From contig CP143273.1 in NCBI GenBank assembly GCA_051013385.1, forward strand, positions 384,001 to 448,000: 64,000 bases of DNA. Direction: 5' to 3'. Origin of the DNA: Phormidium sp. Lineage in GTDB: Bacteria > Cyanobacteriota > Cyanobacteriia > Cyanobacteriales > Aerosakkonemataceae. Each line of letters begins with the position of its first letter. Within the stretch, counting starts at the first letter, position 1. Of the stretch, positions 52,808 to 61,237 are shown in pieces. Made by a program: the position numbers and the translations under genes. Under the pieces are notes generated by a model. That model worked only from the letters and a program-made list of their open reading frames with translations. It did no database searches and was not told where the DNA came from.

Positions 52808-53080
52808 TGGCTACCAACCCAAGCCGGGACACATCTGTTCCCTGTTCGGGATTTCCCTGTTCCCTTTCCCCACCAAAATGTCCCGCTCGATTACCAATAG
52901 CCTAATAACTCAAGTTGTTAGTTATGAGTTGGTTTAAATGCCTTCCCTTACCTCTGAAAGTAGCAACTTGAATTAATACGGAAAGAAAAATGGCTAACAA
53001 CTGAAGTTGGGACAAGGTAAAAAAATATTTGTTTCCTGCTCCCTTACCTCACCAAAATGTCCCGCTTTAAACCAATAGCT
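52808..53080. repeat. Two related ~90-bp MITE-like units (52808-52902, 52991-53080)
   Basis: TGGCTA.CAAC..AAG..GGGACA ... CACCAAAATGTCCCGCT....ACCAATAGC in both. Confidence 0.65.
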
Positions 53081-53211
53081 AAATAAAGTTTTAATTCCCT
53101 GAAAGTTTTATCGGCTAGGTTCAAATTCAAGTTTAACCTATTGGCTTGGCGATCGTTTGATAGCCATTTTGATCCTGCTGTTCTATTACTAAACTTAAAA
53201 AGGATCTAGCT

Positions 53212-55170
53212 ATGCCTGCAATACTTCCTCTAGCAGTTTTGATTATTCTATTTTTGATTTATCGTCAAAAAAACTATTCTTGGCGTAGTGCCATACTCTC
53301 ATCAGCCGTTGTTTGGGGAGCTTTATTAACGTTTATCACTGAAATTTTAAGCCTTTTGAAAATATTGACCTTTGGCTGGTTATTAGGAATATGGGGATTA
53401 ATTACCGTTGGATTAGGGGTTTTTTATCGAGCCTCCATCAAAGGGAAAAGACAAATTAAACGTTCCAGTAATGCTCGCAAACAAGAAAGCATCTCCCGCG
53501 AACCAATATTAAAATTTCTGTTACTAGGAATAGTTTTGATCGTCGCTACTATTGGGTTGATTGCCTTAGTAGCTCCCCCAAACACAATGGACTCCATGCA
53601 CTACCACATGGTTCGGGTTGTCTATTGGATACAAAATCATACTGTTGGTCATTATCCTACATACTTTACACCGCAGTTGTTTTTAAGTCCCTGGGCAGAA
53701 TTTGCGATTCTACACTTACAAATTTTGGCTGGTGGAGATTACTATGCCAATCTTGTGGAGTGGTTCAGCATGGTTGGTAGCATTATTGGCACTTCACTAA
53801 TTGCCAAACAACTTGGAGCAAATCTCTATGGTCAGATTTTTGCTGCTGTGTTCTGTGCAACAATTCCAATGGGTATTCTTCAAGCTTCAGGTACTCAAAA
53901 TGATTATGTAGTTGCCTTTTGGTTAGTTTGCCTCGTCCACTATATTTTGCAAACTATACAAGGTGAAGCAATAGGAAAGACGAATTTTTTGAAAATGGGC
54001 GCTATTTTAGGACTTGGCATTTTAACTAAACCTACTGCTTATCTTTACGCCTTTCCGTTCTTTATCTGGCTGTTTGTACCAACTCTGAAGACTTTTGGCA
54101 AGCAGATTTGGAAACCGATGTTTGAAGTGGCAATTTCAGCTTTGGTACTTAACCTATTTCACTATGTCCGTAATTTTAAGTTATTCCATAGTCCATTAGG
54201 TAAAACGCCAGATGACATTGTGTACAATAACCGTGCGTTTGGTATTTCAGAACTGCTTTCAAATATCATTAAAAATCTCTCGTTACATCTTTCAACACCT
54301 GTACCTTCGATCAATCGATTTCTAGAAAATGTAGTAACTCAAATCCATTCAGTTATTTTGCATACAGATGTTAACAATCCTCTCACGAGTTCTAGCAATT
54401 TTCAGTTTAGTAGTTTAATTAATCATGAAGATCTAGCTGGCAATGCGCTGCATCTGTTGTTAATCATCTGTTCGATCGTTGGTTTTGGCTTATATTGGAC
54501 AAGAAAAAAACTTCCTCTGTCTCCTGTATTGAATTATCTTTTGTGCTTAATTGGTGGTTTTCTAATCTTTTGTATAGTGCTTGCCTGGACACCATTTAAT
54601 TCTCGACTTCAGTTATCCCTTTTCGTTCTGTTCTCAGCTTTTGTAGGTTGTGTATTCTCAACAATATTGAAACGAAGATTGGCTAATTTTTTGGCAGCTC
54701 CTATCATAATTTGCTCGCTTCCTTGGGTTTTATTGAATGAAACCAGACCCGTGATTGCTAATAGTAGTTTTGTCACTACTGGTGAAGTCAGAAATATCTT
54801 TAATACCAGTAGGATCGATCAGTATTTTGTCACTCGAATTAAGAACAAAGAGCCATTTAAAGGCGCATCTGAGTTTCTAAAATCTCAGGGATGTTACGAC
54901 ATTGGCATGGTTATGATCAATTCCTTTGAATATCCTTTATGGATTATCTTGGAGCAGGATAAAAAGAAAGTTTTTCACTATCAGCATATTGCTGTAGATA
55001 ATATATCGGCAAATAAGTATCAGGTCTCTCCCTATAAAGATTTTCAACCTTGTGCAGTTTTTTATAGGAGTAACCGCGACGGAAAAGTTGCAGATACTTT
55101 GTTTTGGCAAGGCAATTATTATGACCTGAAATGGTCTTCTGATCATGTTGGTGTCTTGATGAAAAGGTAG
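53212..55170 (+). CDS. ArnT/PMT-like GT-C membrane glycosyltransferase, paralog of 45253-47229
   Basis: PPNTMDSMHYHMVRV..W, GTQND, TKPTAY, SLINHEDLA shared with the paralog. Confidence 0.75.
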   Translation: MPAILPLAVLIILFLIYRQKNYSWRSAILSSAVVWGALLTFITEILSLLKILTFGWLLGIWGLITVGLGVFYRASIKGKRQIKRSSNARKQESISREPILKFLLLGIVLIVATIGLIALVAPPNTMDSMHYHMVRVVYWIQNHTVGHYPTYFTPQLFLSPWAEFAILHLQILAGGDYYANLVEWFSMVGSIIGTSLIAKQLGANLYGQIFAAVFCATIPMGILQASGTQNDYVVAFWLVCLVHYILQTIQGEAIGKTNFLKMGAILGLGILTKPTAYLYAFPFFIWLFVPTLKTFGKQIWKPMFEVAISALVLNLFHYVRNFKLFHSPLGKTPDDIVYNNRAFGISELLSNIIKNLSLHLSTPVPSINRFLENVVTQIHSVILHTDVNNPLTSSSNFQFSSLINHEDLAGNALHLLLIICSIVGFGLYWTRKKLPLSPVLNYLLCLIGGFLIFCIVLAWTPFNSRLQLSLFVLFSAFVGCVFSTILKRRLANFLAAPIIICSLPWVLLNETRPVIANSSFVTTGEVRNIFNTSRIDQYFVTRIKNKEPFKGASEFLKSQGCYDIGMVMINSFEYPLWIILEQDKKKVFHYQHIAVDNISANKYQVSPYKDFQPCAVFYRSNRDGKVADTLFWQGNYYDLKWSSDHVGVLMKR

Positions 55171-55284
55171 AAATTAAAAGCTACTGGTTTTGTGGTACTT
55201 TTGTGGAAAAGCTTGATTTGACGGACTGGTTACTGGCGACCGGGATTCCTGATAAATCAAGCATTTCACAAATTAATTAGGTTT

Positions 55285-55408
55285 ATATCAAGTCCGCTTG
55301 ATTACCCATAATTCCTGCACCCCACCCCTATCCCCACCCCGTCAACTCTGAGGGGTGCCGTAGGCGGGGTGGGGTTCTTAATTATGGCTAATTGACCGGA
55401 CATGATAT
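55285..55408. mobile_element. MITE-like element
   Basis: Imperfect TIRs ATATCAAGTCCGCTTGATTA / TAATTGACCGGACATGATAT; internal GAGGGGTGCCGTAGGCGGGG also present near 61198. Confidence 0.6.
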
Positions 55409-55762
55409 TACTTATCACTCCAGTGACGAGCCAGCCAAAAAATATGATAAATTTAATAATTAAATTGCCAGTTATGGTATACTTAGCTAAAAAGCAGAAG
55501 CGAAGTAAAATTAATTTTGAATTCGCTGAAAACCTGAATTAACCTAATATAGGTTGGATTTATTGATGGCAAATATTAGGAATTTAGGCATTTTCAAGAT
55601 TCAAGATTGGTGGGAAAGCAAAATGCTAAAGCGATATCAGTATTAAAGATAAAGACTGACTTTTTTGTAGAGAAAATTACTGGGAGTCAAATTTGAAAAA
55701 TTCCAAAAAGTATCAGAACTCCTAAGTAAGATTCTTGTTGTTTACAAACAGGAAATCAACGT

Positions 55763-56695
55763 ATGAAATCTCCTTATATAGCAGCGCTTAGACCTCGCCA
55801 GTGGACAAAAAATCTCATTGTTTTTGCGGCCCCTCTATTTGCTTTTAGTGTCAATCTAGAATCGATTTTGGGCAGTTTTCTGGCATTTGCACTATTCTGT
55901 GCAGCTTCTAGTAGTTTTTACTTACTCAATGACATTGTAGATGTAGAAGCTGACCGAAAGCATCCAGTTAAGTGTAAACGTCCGATCGCTTCAGGAGAAG
56001 TTACTGTTCCTGTCGCGATCGCAATGGCAGTAATTTTATTGGGTGGAGCAATAATTATTGGTTGGACGCGATCGCGCTGGTTAGGAGCAACCATAATTAG
56101 CTATGCTCTCCTACAAGTCGCCTACAACTTAAAGTTAAAGCGGACTGTAATTTTGGATGTAGTAGCGATCGCAATGGGATTTGTGTTCCGAGCTTATGCA
56201 GGTGGGGCAGCTACCAGAATTCCTCTATCTCCTTGGTTCTTGCTTTGTACCGCAATGTTAGCGCTGTTTTTGGGTGTAGAAAAACGCAAAGCAGAGTTAA
56301 GGTTAATAAAAGTCAGTGGTGGGAAAACCAGAGCGGTTTTAAGACGCTACTCCTTGGGGTTACTTGCTCGGATGGAGAGCGTTGTAACTAACGGAGCTAT
56401 ATTAACTTATGCAATTTGGAGTTCTGGGCCACAAGTTAATGGCGCTTCAACGCCTTGGATGATGCTGACATTACCCTTTGTGATGTACGGCATCTTTCGC
56501 TATCAACTTCTGAGCGATCCTGAAGAAATTGCCCGGAAAAATGAAGCAGCAGAACACGCCGAAGTAGGTGGACAAAGCGAAAGACCGGAAGAAGTTTTAT
56601 TAAGAGATCGACCAATTTTGTTGACTGTTGTCGGTTGGATAATCACAAGTTTTGCGATTCTCTGGTTAAAAACTCAGGGAATCATCATTAGATAA
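55763..56695 (+). CDS. Polyprenyl(decaprenyl)-phosphate phosphoribosyltransferase (UbiA family)
   Basis: LRPRQWTKN, YLLNDIVDVEADRKHPVKCKRPIASG, LK...ILDV, KRKAEL, GIFRY, PEEVLLRD. Confidence 0.9.
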   Translation: MKSPYIAALRPRQWTKNLIVFAAPLFAFSVNLESILGSFLAFALFCAASSSFYLLNDIVDVEADRKHPVKCKRPIASGEVTVPVAIAMAVILLGGAIIIGWTRSRWLGATIISYALLQVAYNLKLKRTVILDVVAIAMGFVFRAYAGGAATRIPLSPWFLLCTAMLALFLGVEKRKAELRLIKVSGGKTRAVLRRYSLGLLARMESVVTNGAILTYAIWSSGPQVNGASTPWMMLTLPFVMYGIFRYQLLSDPEEIARKNEAAEHAEVGGQSERPEEVLLRDRPILLTVVGWIITSFAILWLKTQGIIIR

Positions 56696-56718
56696 TTTAT
56701 TTTTTATTCACCAAGGAG

Positions 56719-57255
56719 TTGAGTAGTAAAGTGGGAAAGTACTATTTTCCAAAAACAGCGTATCGACTGGCGACGATCGAACTGGAATTACTAGAAGCTT
56801 CGGGAATCAAAGGTGTAATCTTAGATTTGGATAACACAGTTGTTTCTGAGGACGATCGCTATTTATCGCCTGGTGCAGAAGCTTGGATTCAGCAAGCAAA
56901 ACTAGCAGGATTAAAATTTTATATCCTGTCTAATGGTAAGCGTCGCTACCGAGTAAAATACTGGACTTATCGATTGGATATACCAGCTATTAATCCAGCT
57001 AAAAAACCCTTTCCTTTTGCATTTTGGAAAGCAATAAAAGCCATGAAACTTAAACCAAAACAAGTAGTTGTGATTGGTGATAGTCGTCATACAGATGTTT
57101 TAGGAGCATGGCTGGTTGGTTGTCCGAGCATTCAAGTTGCCACACTTCCCCATCCTTTCCGCTGGTGGGAAAAGCTATTTGGAAAAAGGGTACAAACACC
57201 TTATCCTTTGGAACACGAACTGGAAGATTTTGATGTTAATTCTTATCAAACTTGA
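56719..57255 (+). CDS. YqeG-like HAD IIIA phosphatase
   Basis: ILDLDNT, LSNG, AKKP, IGDSRHTDVLGA. Confidence 0.9.
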   Translation: MSSKVGKYYFPKTAYRLATIELELLEASGIKGVILDLDNTVVSEDDRYLSPGAEAWIQQAKLAGLKFYILSNGKRRYRVKYWTYRLDIPAINPAKKPFPFAFWKAIKAMKLKPKQVVVIGDSRHTDVLGAWLVGCPSIQVATLPHPFRWWEKLFGKRVQTPYPLEHELEDFDVNSYQT

Positions 57256-57324
57256 AATGGCAAAAAATATTTACTAGCTAGATTTCACCATGGTTTCTAA
57301 AACTAATAAGCAAGGAAATTAATT

Positions 57325-57663
57325 ATGCCCAGTAATTTTGTATTTTTTATTTTAATCCTGCTCTCAGTTGCTCTAAACAGTGGGGCACAAACTCTATTAA
57401 AACTAGGAGCAGGACAAAATCCTCTGAATATATATTTATTTGGCGGTTTAGCTGCTTACGGAGTAAGTACAATATTTTACATTTTGGTTTTAGGTAAGTT
57501 TAATTTGTCCGTAGCTTATCCAGTTGTGATTGGATTAACTGTGTTGGCAACTACAATGTCAGGGGCAATGATTTTAGGAGAGAAAGTTTCTTCAGTGGGA
57601 TGGATAGGAGTGGGATTAATGATTAGTGGGATTATTGCGATCGCCTTCGGCAAAGTTAGCTGA
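57325..57663 (+). CDS. SMR/DMT small 4-TM protein (ArnE/ArnF-like)
   Basis: AQTLLKLG, LSVAYP, ILGEKVS...IGVGLMISGI. Confidence 0.85.
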   Translation: MPSNFVFFILILLSVALNSGAQTLLKLGAGQNPLNIYLFGGLAAYGVSTIFYILVLGKFNLSVAYPVVIGLTVLATTMSGAMILGEKVSSVGWIGVGLMISGIIAIAFGKVS

Positions 57664-57778
57664 AAGAATGATGGGTTAGGATAAAAAACAAATCTTCAGA
57701 AAAGAAAATATTTTTTTCTTCTATTTTTCCTGTCTACCTTAACCCAGCTATCTTCCCTTAGAATAACAGTCTATTTTC

Positions 57779-59473
57779 TTACACTGTTTGATGCAAGGCA
57801 ACAGAAGAACTCAATTCTTTGTTGAGATAATCCACCAATCTCAAAGCAAATACAACAATCATAAAAGTGGAATTTGCTTGACCAGAAGTAACGAAATTAG
57901 AACTGCTGGCAACAAACAGATTATCAAATCCATGAATGTTAGAATTTACTCCTACAACACCGTCACTGGGATTGTCAGACATTCGAGTTGTCCCAATTTG
58001 ATGATATCCATCTCCAAGTTGATCGGTTACACTCGCTACAGGATCGTCAGTCAGGTATTTCAAATACCCACATTCGTACTTTCTTAAATGTTTGTCCCAG
58101 TACTCATGGGCTCTGACTACAGACTCAACATCTTGAGAGGAGTAGCGAAAATTAATATTCAATCTTCGCATACCTAATTCATCTTTTTTATTAGACAAAC
58201 TGACCGTACTATCAAGATTAGGTATTTGTTCACCGTGATAGTGCAGGGGGTATTCGTTAGCAGCACTGTAGACAAACAATGCTGGAATCTTTCGTTTAGC
58301 AATGAATCGTCCATAACCGAAGTTAGGAATAAAGGAAATTAATTTTCCTAAATCCTTAATCAAATTCCTGAGATGTGCTTTCTGAATGGCTTTTTTATCT
58401 CCGATTAAGGCATTCCTCATTGCTGTTGATGTTAAGTACTTGCCAATCACAGGAGAAGTTAAGGCTAGATATGCTAGAGATAATATTCCGTTTCCGTGAG
58501 ATGGATCGTAAAATTTTGGTGCTCCTAGCCAACCTACAATATTTGTAAGTTTTTTCTCGTGCAGAAACTCTCGACTAAAGGTGAACCGTCGCCGCAAATA
58601 GATATGATCGGAATCGCGATCGAACCCAAAAACAGTTTCTTCAGGTGGAGTAGTAAAATGAACGTTGGCAATATCTCCTGAGAGATGTCCCATGTAGAAT
58701 TTGCCTAAAAGTCCGCTGTGATTGCCAATTCCTCCGGGATGTTGGCGATCGGATGCTAAAAGCAAGCGTGTTGTATTTAAAGCCCCACCTGCCAAAATAT
58801 ATTTACGAGCTTTTACACCAATAGTTTTGCCACCCAAAGTTTTTGCTTGAAGTGCCTCAACGTGATTTCCGGTATCAGAAGATTCAATTTCTGTGCAAGT
58901 TAAGCCGTATATTACTTTTAAGGTTTGATACTGCTTCAACTCTTGAAAATACTCTTTTCCAAAATTAGTAGGAAGTGACCAACGCTCTAAAGTTGAAGTT
59001 AGAACACCTTCATCAGGTAATCCCGGAACGATCGACTTCTGCTTGATACTTGAAATGTCGTAGATGTTAAATTCAGCCTTTCCACAAAAAAAGTAATCGC
59101 AAGCTTTTTGAAAGTAAGGTTCGAGTTCTTCGTATGTAACAGGCCAAGATGAATGAGGAACAAAACTTCTTTCGTCAAAGTCTACTGGATCGTAAGGCAA
59201 GCAACGTCCACCCCAGATTATCGATGTCCCACCTACCTGTCGGCGAGTGCATAGTGACATAGGAGCGTGAATTTTGCGATCGAAGTGACTAGCTTCACCC
59301 ACAGATTGAGTTTTTTCACAAAAGTTAATCCTTCCACTTTCGATTAAAGCAACTTCGTATCCAGACTTAGTTAGCTCTAGTGCTAACACGATCCCTGCTG
59401 GCCCTGCGCCAACAACAGCAACATCTGAATTAAAGGTATATCCATCTTGAACTGTTTCAGCGTCAATAAACAT
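57779..59473 (-). CDS. GMC family oxidoreductase
   Basis: VGAGPAG, GALNTTRLLL, FYMGH, EQIPN, HQIGTTRM, ANSTF. Confidence 0.9.
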   Translation of the reverse strand: MFIDAETVQDGYTFNSDVAVVGAGPAGIVLALELTKSGYEVALIESGRINFCEKTQSVGEASHFDRKIHAPMSLCTRRQVGGTSIIWGGRCLPYDPVDFDERSFVPHSSWPVTYEELEPYFQKACDYFFCGKAEFNIYDISSIKQKSIVPGLPDEGVLTSTLERWSLPTNFGKEYFQELKQYQTLKVIYGLTCTEIESSDTGNHVEALQAKTLGGKTIGVKARKYILAGGALNTTRLLLASDRQHPGGIGNHSGLLGKFYMGHLSGDIANVHFTTPPEETVFGFDRDSDHIYLRRRFTFSREFLHEKKLTNIVGWLGAPKFYDPSHGNGILSLAYLALTSPVIGKYLTSTAMRNALIGDKKAIQKAHLRNLIKDLGKLISFIPNFGYGRFIAKRKIPALFVYSAANEYPLHYHGEQIPNLDSTVSLSNKKDELGMRRLNINFRYSSQDVESVVRAHEYWDKHLRKYECGYLKYLTDDPVASVTDQLGDGYHQIGTTRMSDNPSDGVVGVNSNIHGFDNLFVASSSNFVTSGQANSTFMIVVFALRLVDYLNKELSSSVALHQTV

Positions 59474-59614
59474 TGGTCGATCCCCCTCAAACTAATTAAT
59501 GAAATGAAATTTGAACCGATATTTTTTGGCTATCGGTTCTCAAAAACATATCAAAGATAGAATTTTCCCTTAGCTAGGGAAACTAAGAGTTAGCTTTCTT
59601 TAAAGCAAATCTTC

Positions 59615-60913
59615 TTAGCCGCTAATTTCCGCTGTTTGTTTACTAACCTGTGGTACGCGAGAAGCAAAGTACTGCCGAATTACTTGGATATTTCTCTCCA
59701 CTTCCTTATGAGAGTAGCTGGGGTATGTTGGCAAGTAGAATAACTCTTTGGCTAGATTCCTCGCATTAGGACAGTCGCGGTAATATTCCTTAAATCGGGG
59801 CGAATCAGCAGTATTGGTAAAATGTCCTGGTGCGATGTCTCGACCATGAACGAACATAAATTTGAGTAGTTCTTCGCGTTGAGCATATTGAACTGGGAAC
59901 CAAAGATAAGTATGCGATCCATCAGTTCGCAGCGGTGGCAAGATTAACTCATCAATATCTTTGAGTCCTTCATGATAAAGTAGAGCCTTGTCAATTCTAC
60001 TCTTGATATCTCGATCGACTTTGTTCAATTGAGACAAACCAAGTCGGGCTTGAAATGTGGTGTACTGAGACTTGTAGACATCAGGAAGTTCGGTTGCTGG
60101 TGCGCTTTCCTGTGGCTTGCGGCGAAAATTTTTGTTAATCGATTCAACGTTATTTAAGTAACCGTATCGACTAATTGGGTAGGTTAGTAACTGAAACAGA
60201 ATTGGCGCACTAGCAATATCGTGCTTCAAACCTGCCTTGATTTTCTTGTTAATGCCGGGGAGAGGAGGATAGGAAAAATTCTTTAGTTCTTCACGGATTT
60301 TTTCGGCTACATCTGTCCGATCGGTCATTACTGCTCCTCCCAGCCAGGTAGGTATATTCTTCTGCATTTCAAAGCTAAATACACCTACATCGCCAATGGT
60401 AGCCAGGGCTTTCCCTCGATCGTAGACACCAAATGATTGAGCTACATCTTCAATCATGGGTATGTTGTGACGATCGCAAATTGCTTTAATTTGATGCGGC
60501 TCCGATGCCAGCCCGTGTAAATGAGTAATTAAAACCGCTCCTGTATTCGGATTAATCAACCGCTCTACTTCCGCAACAGAGATATTACAGGTTTCTCGAT
60601 CGATATCAGCAAATACAGGACGACCCCCGGCAAAAATCACCATGTTAATCACATCAATGATCGTGTATGGTGACAAAATTACTTCTTGTCCTGGCTTAAT
60701 CAGTGCTTTGAGCGCCAGATATATCCCCACCCGGCACTGATAAACGCAGATTGCATGAGTTGTTCCGAATCGATCGCTCAAAGCTTTTTCAAAAAGCTCT
60801 ATATCTTTTCTGCTTGTTTGCGATTTTCCACCCAAAACATATCCTAAAAACAGTAGATAACTGTTAACACTCGTGTAAAGTCGATTTTTAGGCGCAGGTC
60901 CAAGGTTCAACAT
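59615..60913 (-). CDS. DegT/DnrJ/EryC1/StrS family aminotransferase (divergent)
   Basis: THLHG, IEDVAQSFG, FSFEMQKNI...GGAV, LPTYP. Confidence 0.85.
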   Translation of the reverse strand: MLNLGPAPKNRLYTSVNSYLLFLGYVLGGKSQTSRKDIELFEKALSDRFGTTHAICVYQCRVGIYLALKALIKPGQEVILSPYTIIDVINMVIFAGGRPVFADIDRETCNISVAEVERLINPNTGAVLITHLHGLASEPHQIKAICDRHNIPMIEDVAQSFGVYDRGKALATIGDVGVFSFEMQKNIPTWLGGAVMTDRTDVAEKIREELKNFSYPPLPGINKKIKAGLKHDIASAPILFQLLTYPISRYGYLNNVESINKNFRRKPQESAPATELPDVYKSQYTTFQARLGLSQLNKVDRDIKSRIDKALLYHEGLKDIDELILPPLRTDGSHTYLWFPVQYAQREELLKFMFVHGRDIAPGHFTNTADSPRFKEYYRDCPNARNLAKELFYLPTYPSYSHKEVERNIQVIRQYFASRVPQVSKQTAEISG

Positions 60914-61179
60914 ATTTTCTTAACCACCGTTTAAAATCCTGTTTACTGGGAACGTAGACATAGCAACAATTCTGTTCGTTTGTTAAATCGGAAACCAGTC
61001 TAAAAAATTTTTCTTCCTTTTTCTCTAAGAGTCGTATAATATTTTAACTTACATTTTTTATGTTTTGATGCAAATTTAATTAAAGATTTCTGATATATTT
61101 ACACAATATATCGTTAATTTGTAAAATTTTCGTGAACTTTCCGGGAAAATACCGAGTTGCTTCCCCTAAATATAAACAA

Positions 61180-61228
61180 CCCCTCCCCGTAAACGGGGAG
61201 GGGTGCCGTAGGCGGGGAGGGGTGCAGG
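61180..61228. repeat. GC-rich palindromic repeat
   Basis: CCCCTCCCCGT-AA-ACGGGGAGGGG followed by TGCCGTAGGCGGGGAGGGG. Confidence 0.7.
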
Positions 61229-61237
61229 GAATTATCG

